Source: a virus. From it: a DNA stretch of 41,278 nucleotides. Below are positions 1-8,255 of this stretch, one piece after another (position 1 is the stretch's first letter; each line of letters begins with the position of its first letter). Position numbers and translations under genes: made by a program. The stretch lies in IMG/VR virus record IMGVR_UViG_3300048583_000035, positions 1-41,278 of that record; one strand, given 5' to 3'. Below the pieces are notes generated by a model. The model was given only the letters and a program-made list of their open reading frames with translations, was not told the DNA's origin and did not search any database.

Positions 1-127
1 TAAGTCGCTTCGTTCGTGCCGGGCGAGCCAGCCTCGCCGGGGTCCGCTGTGTAGAGGCGAACTTGCAGGTTCGCGCCGTAGCTGGGCATCGCCACAGCAT
101 TGGCCTCGAACTTCACGAAGTCGTTCT
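1..127. repeat. terminal direct duplication, copy 1 (identical to 41152..41278): closure overlap of a circular or circularly permuted genome
   Basis: Bases 1-127 (taagtcgcttcgttcgtgcc...cacgaagtcgttct) recur exactly as the last 127 bases of the window. Unique length is therefore 41151 bp. Confidence 0.95.
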
Positions 128-149
128 CGGTCGTGTTGCCCTTGCTCAT
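1..149 (-). CDS. 5' segment of a virion structural protein gene that wraps the contig junction (continues 41151->40857)
   Basis: ATG 149-147 overlaps the TGA of the upstream gene (ATGA). The frame MSKGNTTENDFVKFEANAV... runs off base 1 and is continued through the 127-bp overlap by ORF 40857..41267. Joined product is 147 aa. Confidence 0.8.
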   Translation of the reverse strand, partial: MSKGNTTENDFVKFEANAVAMPSYGANLQVRLYTADPGEAGSPGTNEAT

Positions 150-709
150 CAAAACCCCGCTGGAAAGTAAGAAGACCCGCCACCACCACCGCCACCGCCC
201 GCAATCGTCACCGTGACCGCATCAGCCACACGCGATGCAACGACACCAGCGCCGACGAAGTTGAGCGATGTCACCGTGCCGGCTGTGCCGAGGCCTGTTC
301 CCTCGTCCTGAATCTGCACAGACGCCTGCCCGCCGCCACCACCGCCGCCCGGGATCGTCACCAGCGTCTTGCCGCCAGAGTCGGTGACAGTCACGCCAGC
401 GCCGGCAAAGTTCAGCGTGCCGCGCTGCGTCAGCGGTACGCCCTCGTCTTCGATGACATGCCCCGGCGCTTGCGCCTCAAGCACATCAACGCGCGCATCC
501 AGTCCAGAGGCCACAGCCAGCGCCGCAGCAGCATCCGCCGCCGCCGATTCCGCCATGTCCGCCGCGACTTCGACGGCATCGGGGATCGCCGCGTTCAGGT
601 CCGCGAACATCGCCTCGAAGGCGCGGATCTGCTCCGGCCTCTCGCCCAGCACTTCGGCCAGCTTTGCGCGCGTCAGTGGTCGCGTGGCGACTGCGGGCCG
701 GTTAGACAT
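149..709 (-). CDS. tail needle/fibre-like protein (P22 gene 26 position) with two poly-Gly-terminated repeats
   Basis: 186 aa. ATG 709 overlaps the stop of the gp10-like gene (ATGTCTAA). An Ala/Glu-rich helical N-terminus is followed by two related blocks: TLNFAGAGVTVTD..PGGGGGGG and SLNFVGAGVV..AGGGGGGGG. Confidence 0.5.
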   Translation of the reverse strand: MSNRPAVATRPLTRAKLAEVLGERPEQIRAFEAMFADLNAAIPDAVEVAADMAESAAADAAAALAVASGLDARVDVLEAQAPGHVIEDEGVPLTQRGTLNFAGAGVTVTDSGGKTLVTIPGGGGGGGQASVQIQDEGTGLGTAGTVTSLNFVGAGVVASRVADAVTVTIAGGGGGGGGSSYFPAGF

Positions 710-2105
710 TCAGCGCCTCCATCTGCGCCTCAAGCCGCACGATGGGCACATGCGCATCGGACGTGCCGCGAAACTTCAGCATGCGGTAATGCGACATCCG
801 GCCCTGCCGGCGCCACACAAGCCGCGCAGCACGGTTGCCCTGCTGGCCAGCGTTTGCCGCGCGCTCGATGCTCCACGTCTCGCCGTCGTGGCTGTAGCTT
901 GCCCACACGACAGGCTCCGGGCCTGGCGCAACGCGGCCTGGCAGCGCGACTAGCTCAAGCTCGTGCACGATGGCGCCGCGCCCGCCGTTGTAGACCATCG
1001 CAGTGCCGAACTGCCAGCCGATGCGCTCGCCGTAGTGCGTGGACACGTCATCGACAAGCTCGCCAACTTGCCCGCTGTCAATGTCGCCGGCCAGCCACTT
1101 GTCATAGCACCAGACCATGCCGCGCGCACGGTAGGCGGCCGGCGTCAGGTCGCCACTGTCGAGCGACACCCACACCGCCGCGCCGAGTTCCTGCGATGCT
1201 GCGTGATCGTAGACAAGGCAGCGGTCAGGCAGGTGAATGTGCAGGTGATGGCGACCACGGTCGATGCGTGTCTCGACCAGCACGGCCGACAGTTCGGCCT
1301 CGGTGTAGCCGCGCAGCAGCGTGTCAATTTCGTCGGTGGCGATGCGCGAGGTTGACCCGGCGCCCATCAGGTACACGGACGGCGCCTCGTTGCGGGCGCT
1401 GCCGACGAAAGCCCACGTTTCGAGATACGGCGCATAGGCGTGCGTGCCGATGATGCCGCGCACTACCTGCGCGCCCTCAATGCGCGAGAAGGGGAACAGG
1501 TCGCCGCCGACGTTCTGAAACACCTCGATGGTGTACCGGCCAAACGCATAGACCTCGTTGCGCAGTTCGTCAATGGCGAGGATGCCGTCCGGGTCGCTTT
1601 CCGCGCTGCCGTACTTCAGCGGGTTGACCGCCATCCGGTCATTGAGTTCGGTGACGATGATGAACTCGCCGTCCGTGCTCACGAAGTAGCCGGCCACCCA
1701 TGCGCCATCGATGACGTTGCCGAGGTCCGGGTCGGTGACGTAGACCAGCGTCGTGCCGTCCCAATAGTGCAGCCGGCCACCGGACCAGACTGCCAGCACG
1801 TCGAAGCTGCTGTCAAAGGAGCACCGGCCACCCGCGCCGACGTTGCCGCAGGCAGTGACGACGCCATCGGCTGCAATGCGCACAAGCTCGCTGCCGATGA
1901 CGCGGTACATGACGCCGCGCCAGACGTAGCCGCCGCGATCCGGGCCGGCTGTGTGCGCCGCGAATGCGCGGATGCCGTCAGCCGGACGCAGGTAGCCGCG
2001 ATTGATGCCGCTGTCCTTTGGCACCGGGACCATGTTGCGCGGGTACGACGTGCGCATGGCGCCAGCCGCATCAGCGTATATGCCGGAAAGGATAGCGACT
2101 TGCAT
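702..2105 (-). CDS. P22 gp10-like tail hub / packaged-DNA stabilisation protein
   Basis: 467 aa. The N-terminus ..SYPRNMVPVPKDSGINRGYLRPADGI.. resembles recalled P22 gp10 (..DYLPVNMLATPKE..SSGYLRSFPGI..). Size (P22 gp10 about 472 aa) and its place in the same late tail-gene cluster as the gp4-like gene agree. Confidence 0.7.
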   Translation of the reverse strand: MQVAILSGIYADAAGAMRTSYPRNMVPVPKDSGINRGYLRPADGIRAFAAHTAGPDRGGYVWRGVMYRVIGSELVRIAADGVVTACGNVGAGGRCSFDSSFDVLAVWSGGRLHYWDGTTLVYVTDPDLGNVIDGAWVAGYFVSTDGEFIIVTELNDRMAVNPLKYGSAESDPDGILAIDELRNEVYAFGRYTIEVFQNVGGDLFPFSRIEGAQVVRGIIGTHAYAPYLETWAFVGSARNEAPSVYLMGAGSTSRIATDEIDTLLRGYTEAELSAVLVETRIDRGRHHLHIHLPDRCLVYDHAASQELGAAVWVSLDSGDLTPAAYRARGMVWCYDKWLAGDIDSGQVGELVDDVSTHYGERIGWQFGTAMVYNGGRGAIVHELELVALPGRVAPGPEPVVWASYSHDGETWSIERAANAGQQGNRAARLVWRRQGRMSHYRMLKFRGTSDAHVPIVRLEAQMEALNV

Positions 2106-2133
2106 TTGTCAGGTGTACCGGCAGGGGATGGGA

Positions 2134-3165
2134 TCAGCGCCCGACGTAGGGCATCGATGCGTACTGGCCGATCAGCGGCAGCACGTAGGGCCGGTCCACG
2201 AGGTTGAAGATGAACTCAGCCTGATTTCCGCTGAAGTCGGACACGTCGCAGTTCCACAGCAGGCCAAGCTGGCAATGCGGGGCTTCAGCGAACCCGCGCA
2301 CCACGTTCTCGATCTGCACCTTGGACACAGCAAGATCGGACGAGCCGCCGCCGAACTCGCCGAGCACCAGCGGTTGACCCTGGCCCTTGCATCGCATCGC
2401 CGTGCGAGCGAGCCACTGGCCGAACAGTTCGCCGTTAGGCCCCATTAGGTTTGCCCGGTCGCAGTAGTTGTGGGTCGATTGACTCTCCCACCCGGCGTGC
2501 GTCAAGTTGGTTTGGGTGTACGCAACATCAGGAACGGTGCCAGCCGTCACGCCCGTAATCGTCGAGCTTTCGTGCGTCGATGTCCCGCTGACCACAAAGG
2601 AGCCGGCATCCTGAGCCAGTATCCATGTGCGGATGTCGTTCTGGACAGTCCGCGCGTTTGCGACTGTCAAGCCGGCCTGAGTCATCACGCTGATAATTTC
2701 GTTTCCGCACTCCCAACCCGCCAGTGCAGGGTGATTTTTCAGCGCGGGAACTGCCGTATCGACGACGAGCTTTAGATAGGTTCTGCTTGCTGTCGTTCCG
2801 GAAACAAGCGCCGAGGTCGCCTCAGACTTCCAAACCGGGATGTTTACGACGTTCCAATGCAAACACCAAAGGATTGTCATGTTGCGCGCGTGCGCAGCGT
2901 CCAGCAGCGTCGTGGCGTGTGCAATTGCAGTGGCCGAGGACGTTTCCCACGCACCCATGCCGCCAGAGAAGTTGAACCCGTCGCCAAAGACCCGAACCAC
3001 GCGACAGCCGCGCGCAGCAAGCATGTCGAAGATACTGATGTAGGCCGTTGGGGTCTGGTTGTTCAGAAGCCGCGCATAGACGCTGTAGGCGTTAGCCCCC
3101 AGCAGCTTGCACGGCGTGCCGTCAAGACGCAGCACCCCGGCGACGTTGGATAGCCGCGTCGGCAT
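2134..3165 (-). CDS. glycoside hydrolase family 5-like glycanase (virion-associated polysaccharide depolymerase candidate)
   Basis: 343 aa. Both GH5 signature glutamates are visible: acid/base in WECGNEI and nucleophile in PLVLGEFGG. The gene is embedded between tail genes. Confidence 0.75.
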   Translation of the reverse strand: MPTRLSNVAGVLRLDGTPCKLLGANAYSVYARLLNNQTPTAYISIFDMLAARGCRVVRVFGDGFNFSGGMGAWETSSATAIAHATTLLDAAHARNMTILWCLHWNVVNIPVWKSEATSALVSGTTASRTYLKLVVDTAVPALKNHPALAGWECGNEIISVMTQAGLTVANARTVQNDIRTWILAQDAGSFVVSGTSTHESSTITGVTAGTVPDVAYTQTNLTHAGWESQSTHNYCDRANLMGPNGELFGQWLARTAMRCKGQGQPLVLGEFGGGSSDLAVSKVQIENVVRGFAEAPHCQLGLLWNCDVSDFSGNQAEFIFNLVDRPYVLPLIGQYASMPYVGR

Positions 3166-4200
3166 TTAGGACAACTCAACAATCGACAGCGGCTCAAAGG
3201 GCCGAACCGCCAGCCGGTTAGCGATGGCGGCATGGTTGGGCGGCAGCGCGCCAGTGCCCTTGTAGTATTGGATACCGCCGTACAGCGCGCCGTAGGTGTT
3301 GTTTACTGCGTTGTTGACCGTGGAAGCTGCCGACGCGATTGTGATTCGCTGCGTAGATACACCGGGGCCTGTAAACTGCCCCGTCCACTGGTTTGCCAGC
3401 ACACCATTTAGGTACAGGTAAATCCCACCGACAGTGGGGTCCACTGCGTATGTCACATGCACAGTGCGGCCGACCACGATTGGGCTGGCTGTTGATGCGA
3501 TGTTGCCGCCGACCGTCAGCGCGTTGTTGACCGTCACAAGGTAAAGCTTGCCGGTCGCGTCCAACTTGACATACCAACCCGGCGCCACACCAGCCGTGCC
3601 AGCAGATATGAGGTTCACCGCTCGCACCGTTGCGGTGGGCTTAATCAGGAAACTGAAGATAAACCACTCAGTTGACATATCCCAAACCGGGGACAGCGAC
3701 GGCGAGTAGAGGTAAAGCCCGGTCCCGCTCGCGTTGTCGGTGATGACCGCAAGCGAGTTCAGCTCCCGGGAGGTGTCGCCCCACAGCGTCGCATCGACAA
3801 CCGTCGAGCCGAGCACAAGATCGTTGCCGCGCCCTGACACGTCACGCGCCGCGCCGCTGGTCGGCTGTTGCAGCGTCGGGATGCACATAAAGCATTTGCT
3901 GCTGATCTTGTTCCCAGCATCTGACACCAGGGCTTGGGCTGCCGCCACCTCTGCGGTAGACAGCACCGCAGGCGGCGACGCTGCCAAAGTCTTGATGCTG
4001 TAATCCAGCAGCGTGTAAGCCGTCAGGTGAACCGTCTGCTGCGTCAGGAACGGCCCGATCTGCCACGCATCGCCAGCGTTCAGCGGATCAGCGCCAGCGC
4101 CGCCCGTGCCGACGAGCGCAACGCCTGCGCCAGTGCCGTTGATGTACTGCCCGGCAGGCAGCGTGACCTGAGCGGAGGTGTTTGCGGTAATGGTCGGCAT
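3166..4200 (-). CDS. LamG/concanavalin-like beta-sandwich tail protein (receptor-binding candidate)
   Basis: ATG 4200 is preceded by AGGGG, 11 nt after the upstream stop. 344 aa, Gly/Thr/Val-rich. The C-terminal half (..GKLYLVTVNNALTVGG..IYLYLNGVLANQWTG..) looks like a LamG jelly roll. The longer track start (4350) is Arg/His-rich and overlaps the upstream gene. Confidence 0.5.
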   Translation of the reverse strand: MPTITANTSAQVTLPAGQYINGTGAGVALVGTGGAGADPLNAGDAWQIGPFLTQQTVHLTAYTLLDYSIKTLAASPPAVLSTAEVAAAQALVSDAGNKISSKCFMCIPTLQQPTSGAARDVSGRGNDLVLGSTVVDATLWGDTSRELNSLAVITDNASGTGLYLYSPSLSPVWDMSTEWFIFSFLIKPTATVRAVNLISAGTAGVAPGWYVKLDATGKLYLVTVNNALTVGGNIASTASPIVVGRTVHVTYAVDPTVGGIYLYLNGVLANQWTGQFTGPGVSTQRITIASAASTVNNAVNNTYGALYGGIQYYKGTGALPPNHAAIANRLAVRPFEPLSIVELS

Positions 4201-4211
4201 GTCGGCCCCTG

Positions 4212-4661
4212 TCAGGCGGTGCGAAACCAGGCGCGGAACACGCCATCGAATCGCAGGGTGAAGAATCCATTGGCCGCCAGCGTTGCCGGCGCACCGTTGA
4301 CCGTGGCGCCGTTGCCGGCAACCGTCAGCGTGGTGACAGCTTGCGTGCACGACACGCGGACGGTCTGCCCGTCAACGCACAGCGCCTCGGCAGGCAGCGT
4401 AATCGTGCCGGCCGCGTAGCCGGTCGCAGGCGTCAGCAGAAGCCACACGCTGCCGCCGTTGACGGTCGGCGCGATCTGCACGCCGAATCCGGTCGCGCTG
4501 GGTGCGCTGTATTGCGTGATTTCGCCGGATGCGCCGATGCCTTGCAGCAGCGTGGCAAGCTCGGCCACCGACGCCTTCCGGTCCTGGCCGTTGCCCGAGT
4601 CAAAGAATGGCAATTGCGAGTCGTTGGCAATCGTGCCGGCGTTCAGTGCGTTGATCGGCAT
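4212..4661 (-). CDS. virion/tail structural protein, unknown family
   Basis: 149-aa ORF with high GC3, lying between the gp4-like gene and the LamG-like gene in the late operon. Confidence 0.5.
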   Translation of the reverse strand: MPINALNAGTIANDSQLPFFDSGNGQDRKASVAELATLLQGIGASGEITQYSAPSATGFGVQIAPTVNGGSVWLLLTPATGYAAGTITLPAEALCVDGQTVRVSCTQAVTTLTVAGNGATVNGAPATLAANGFFTLRFDGVFRAWFRTA

Positions 4662-4665
4662 GCGG

Positions 4666-5151
4666 CTACTCCGGGAGGATGTCGAGAGACTCGCCGACGC
4701 CTTCGCGCAGCGGACTTGTGTCGGGCTCGGGCAGGAACACCGCGTGGAAGACGTTCGGCTTGTGACCGGCGCCAGCAGGCATGCCGCCGCGCAATTGCTG
4801 CTGCTGCGGCTGTGCCGCGTCGATCAGCAGCGCGTCATAGGCGTTGCGCGCAGCGGTGCGCGTCTCGGGCGTGATGACCTTGCCGTAGCCCGGCGCAATG
4901 CGCATTGCAAGGCCGAGGTAAACCGCTTCGGCCGCCGCGTCTGCAATGCCGCTGGCCGCGTTGATGTTGCTTGCGCCGGGGCTCGACGGCAGCGCGTAGC
5001 TCAAGCGGATGCCCTTCGACGCCCACGCGGCCACCATTGCGTCAAGCCGCTGCAGGTCGTCCAGCAATTCGTCGGCGTCGTTCACGTCAAAGGCGCCGCC
5101 TAGCCCAAGCTCACGCCGGGCCGCCAAAACGAGCGCCTGTTTTGTCCACAT
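4666..5151 (-). CDS. P22 gp4-like head-completion / tail adaptor protein
   Basis: 161 aa. ..LVLAARRELGLGG..LDDLQRLDAMVAAW.., ..AMRIAPGYG.. and ..GMPAGAGH.. parallel recalled P22 gp4 (LVRAALRKLGVAS..VDDLEAMMAEW..ACRIAPDYA..RMPTGSGN). Confidence 0.65.
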   Translation of the reverse strand: MWTKQALVLAARRELGLGGAFDVNDADELLDDLQRLDAMVAAWASKGIRLSYALPSSPGASNINAASGIADAAAEAVYLGLAMRIAPGYGKVITPETRTAARNAYDALLIDAAQPQQQQLRGGMPAGAGHKPNVFHAVFLPEPDTSPLREGVGESLDILPE

Positions 5152-5153
5152 GG

Positions 5154-5468
5154 TCAGCCGGCCAGCTTGTCGGCGATCAGCGCCGCGAGCTTCTTGTCGC
5201 CCGTGCGACCGTCGAACTTGATGCCGAGTTCGCGCGCCTTGGCTTCCAGTTCGTCGCGGGTCGGCGGGGCGTCGTCGTCGGGCTCTTCGGCAGGCGCGGC
5301 AGTCGGCACGGCTTCAGCAGCAGCCTTGGCAGCGTACTGGTCCGGGTGCCAGCCATCGGCCAGCAGCGCGGCCATGTGCTCGGCGTCCTTCGCCGTTGCA
5401 AGATCGTAGGTGCCGCTTTCCAGCGTCCAAGCGGTGCCGACGCGGTACAGCAGCTGAGGGAATTCCAT
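5154..5468 (-). CDS. hypothetical head-associated protein
   Basis: 104 aa, directly downstream of the coat gene and its terminator. Acidic/Pro linker and a C-terminal ..ELEAKARELGIKFDGRTGDKKLAALI.. helix-extension-helix-like tail. Confidence 0.45.
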   Translation of the reverse strand: MEFPQLLYRVGTAWTLESGTYDLATAKDAEHMAALLADGWHPDQYAAKAAAEAVPTAAPAEEPDDDAPPTRDELEAKARELGIKFDGRTGDKKLAALIADKLAG

Positions 5469-5483
5469 TCGCTTCTCCAGTCC

Positions 5484-5514
5484 AGAAGAAAGCCCCGGCG
5501 CGATGGCCGGGGCT
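5484..5514 (-). terminator. intrinsic terminator after the coat gene
   Basis: The minus strand reads AGCCCCGGC-CATCGC-GCCGGGGCT followed by TTCTTCT, starting 8 nt after the coat stop codon. Confidence 0.6.
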
Positions 5515-5521
5515 GCAGGCT

Positions 5522-6745
5522 TTAGACCTGGTTAGCGATGATGATCCCCGCCTTCTCGGGATCAAGCACCGTGGCCGCGTACAGCGTGGTCGCGCGCACG
5601 AACAACAGGCCCGTCTGCGCGTTGATCTGCGCAACCATGACGATGGGCACACCGTTCTTCGTGGTCGCCGTCATCACCTGCGCGCCAGTGCCCTGCGGGA
5701 ACTCAAGCCGGCCGTAATCCAAGGCCACGGCGCCTTGAGCCCAGAAGGCATTGACCGGACGGGTCGCAGTGTTCAAGAACGTGATCGCGGCACCGTTGGC
5801 GGCTTGCGTCGTGACGTTCTGGTACGGGCCAGTGATGATGATGCGCGGCGATATCACGAGGTTGACCGTGCCGGCGCCACTGATGACGCGGAACGTCATC
5901 GGCTGGCCGGTGTCGCTCTTGTCGATCATGTGAACCGCGTTCACGTTCGCAATCGTGAAGCAATCGCCGTTCTTGATGTTGGCGATGTTCGCGCCTTGAA
6001 TCACCAGCGGGCCGACACGGTTGTCGGTCGGCACGTCGCCGGTCATCGCGGTGACGCTGTGCGACTGGTTGCCGTTGATGGTCGTGCTGGCCACGGTGCC
6101 GACTGCGGCGAGGTTGGCCACGTTGTCGGTGCGAAACGTGCTGAACGACGCAATGTCCGGCACCTTCGACCGCTCGTAGGCGTCCTTCGACCGGTCGCCC
6201 AGATACGCGCGGTTGCCCAGGTCTTGAGCGATCACGCTGTAGTCGAACGGGTTCAGGAACATCTTGCGATTGCCGCTGGAGATGCCGCGCGACAGCATCA
6301 CCGCTTCAGCCGTGGCGCCATCGGTCCACGAGATTGCGCCGACCTTGCGGACGACGATGTTTGCGCGGGCCGCGACAGCCGCGTAAAGGTTCTTGTCCAC
6401 TTCCGCAGCCAGGCGCAGCGCGGCGGCGTCGCCCATGCGGCGCATGTGATCCGGGTCGCGGAGTTCCTGCGCGTTGAGTTCGTAGATCACGTTGTCCGGC
6501 GAGCGGTACACCGTGGGCACGAAACGCTCGATCACGTCGGTGCGCGTGGCAGCAGACACGTCCAGACCGGTGACGATGCTGGCGTGGTAGTTCTGCTTCT
6601 TGTAGAACGTATCGCCGGCCCGTTGCATGGTCTTCGGGGCGGGATAGGAGGTTTCGGCCTCCATCGAAATCACGCAGTTGGCGTCGAAGCCTTCCACGAG
6701 GTTCTCGAACATGAGTTCGAGGTCTTTGGCGAGAGCGTTGGGCAT
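5522..6745 (-). CDS. major capsid protein, P22 gp5 (coat)-like
   Basis: 407 aa, after the scaffold gene. ..TMQRAGDT.., ..FLNPFDYS.. and ..NAFWAQGAVAL.. match recalled P22 coat landmarks (..SMQRSSNT.., ..FFNPQDYK.., ..NVFWADDAIRI..). Confidence 0.8.
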   Translation of the reverse strand: MPNALAKDLELMFENLVEGFDANCVISMEAETSYPAPKTMQRAGDTFYKKQNYHASIVTGLDVSAATRTDVIERFVPTVYRSPDNVIYELNAQELRDPDHMRRMGDAAALRLAAEVDKNLYAAVAARANIVVRKVGAISWTDGATAEAVMLSRGISSGNRKMFLNPFDYSVIAQDLGNRAYLGDRSKDAYERSKVPDIASFSTFRTDNVANLAAVGTVASTTINGNQSHSVTAMTGDVPTDNRVGPLVIQGANIANIKNGDCFTIANVNAVHMIDKSDTGQPMTFRVISGAGTVNLVISPRIIITGPYQNVTTQAANGAAITFLNTATRPVNAFWAQGAVALDYGRLEFPQGTGAQVMTATTKNGVPIVMVAQINAQTGLLFVRATTLYAATVLDPEKAGIIIANQV

Positions 6746-6845
6746 ATTGCCTCCAGATGAGAGTGACGAAAGTGCATGTCAGTTCTCATCCGTAAGGCGG
6801 GACGGTCGCCGAAAGAGCGGTGCCGGCATCTCGCCGGCTGGTCGG

Positions 6846-7775
6846 TCAGCCTTTGGCCTGCAGCTTGCGTTTCGCGGCGAAATACTCGGTCATGTCGCCA
6901 GTCTGCAAACCCTTTTCCCGAAGCTGTTCGAGCTTCCGGTTTGCGCCCATTGTAGCGGCAGCGCCCGCAACTGTGCCACGCACCTCACGCTCAGGTGCCG
7001 GTGCAGTCTTGTTGCGGGTCGTGACTTTCAATATCGTCTCCAGCTTTGCCACTGCAAATGCGAACTTCACCGGGTCCGTAATGGCGGCCAATTCCTTGGC
7101 CTTTGCGGGGCTCTTGCCCAGCGCATACACCACATGCGCGGCATTCTCGGCGCCTTGGATGATGATGCCCTGCTGCACGACGGAGAGCGTGTCTTGCACG
7201 GTCGCCTCGGCGTCCTCGTAGTCGGCCACCTTCAGCGCGCTCTTCGCCTTGCCGTAGGTTTCCAGCTTGGCCTGCCACGCGGCGCGGGCCTGATCTTCGG
7301 CGCGCTTGGCCTCTGCCGCTTGCGTGTCGGCCTGGCGCTTGCGGTCGTGCCACGCTTCAAGCTGCTCGGCGAACTTGTCGCCGTCGAAGTCGCAGCCTTC
7401 GAGCGTCGGCTTCTCGCCGACCACGACAGCGGCGGCCGGCTGCTGCGCTGCGCCCCTGATGCGCTCGACCTCGGCGTCTTTCTCGCGCAGCTTGCGCACG
7501 AGTTCGCGGTTCGTCTTGCGCAAGTCGCGCACCCAATCCGGCGCGCGGCTGTCCTGATCCTGCTCGGGCGGCTTCTCGTCGCCGATGGTGACGATTACCT
7601 CGTCGTCTGCGCCTGCGTCGGCGTCTGCCGCTGCGCCTTCGGCGTCTGATCCTTCGTCGGCCGCGTCTGCTGGCTTGTCGTCAGCGTCAGCGTCGTTGTT
7701 GCCGTCTGCCGGATCGTCCAAGACCGTCAGGTCGTCGTCGTTTCCAGCGTCGTCAGGATCAGGTTTCTCGCTCAT
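6846..7775 (-). CDS. scaffolding protein
   Basis: 309 aa with an extremely acidic N-terminus (DPDDAGNDDD..) followed by Ala/Glu/Lys-rich helical sequence. Located between the portal-adjacent gene and the coat gene. Confidence 0.6.
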   Translation of the reverse strand: MSEKPDPDDAGNDDDLTVLDDPADGNNDADADDKPADAADEGSDAEGAAADADAGADDEVIVTIGDEKPPEQDQDSRAPDWVRDLRKTNRELVRKLREKDAEVERIRGAAQQPAAAVVVGEKPTLEGCDFDGDKFAEQLEAWHDRKRQADTQAAEAKRAEDQARAAWQAKLETYGKAKSALKVADYEDAEATVQDTLSVVQQGIIIQGAENAAHVVYALGKSPAKAKELAAITDPVKFAFAVAKLETILKVTTRNKTAPAPEREVRGTVAGAAATMGANRKLEQLREKGLQTGDMTEYFAAKRKLQAKG

Positions 7776-7805
7776 CGGCGCCTTTCAGGGCTGTGCGGTG
7801 CCGGG

Positions 7806-7835
7806 ATTATAGGGATTGTGTTCAAAGTTTTGCAA
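7806..7835 (-). promoter_or_regulatory. sigma70-like promoter upstream of scaffold/coat genes
   Basis: The minus strand reads TTGCAA-18 nt-TATAAT (perfect -10) in a low-GC 96-bp gap, about 30 nt upstream of the scaffold ATG. Confidence 0.45.
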
Positions 7836-7871
7836 TGGTAGAGGCTGCAACCGTGCGGATTGATTGAACGG

Positions 7872-8255
7872 CTAGGCTTCCATCCTGCGCGCAAACTCGG
7901 CCATTAGTTCCTGCGCGATGCACTGAATCGCGTATGCCTCTTGCTCTCTCCCGGGCTCTCGCTCTCCGATGTCGATGCAGTAGCTTTGCCAGACATGCAC
8001 GGCCTCGTGGACCAGCAAGCCGGCAACCTCGACAGGCTTTTTGCCTTGCCAGTTCTTCAAGCAAACGATGCAAACCGTAGTGCCGTCTTCGTTCTCCAGG
8101 GTGTGCATCGTGGCGTCGGCGAACTTGCCGACGCCGGGGAATCGGTCCTTGTGCCCGATGTGCCTCAAGGCCGCGTGGAACTCTTCATCGCTCAGGCACA
8201 GAGCCAGATAGGGGCCGGGCCTCGCAATCCTGCGGTCAAGCCATGCCGTCTTCAT
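7872..8255 (-). CDS. HExxH-motif protein (putative Zn-metallopeptidase), translationally coupled to portal
   Basis: 127 aa. Contains ..GLLVHEAVHVWQ.. plus a downstream ..EQEAYAIQ.. segment. Its ATG overlaps the portal stop (ATGA). Confidence 0.45.
   Translation of the reverse strand: MKTAWLDRRIARPGPYLALCLSDEEFHAALRHIGHKDRFPGVGKFADATMHTLENEDGTTVCIVCLKNWQGKKPVEVAGLLVHEAVHVWQSYCIDIGEREPGREQEAYAIQCIAQELMAEFARRMEA

Noticed and set aside
149-4661. A diversity-generating retroelement, as seen in some BPP-1-type podoviruses near tail-fibre genes.
   Set aside because: No ORF anywhere in the window has reverse-transcriptase motifs (YxDD), and no template/variable repeat pair was seen near the tail genes.
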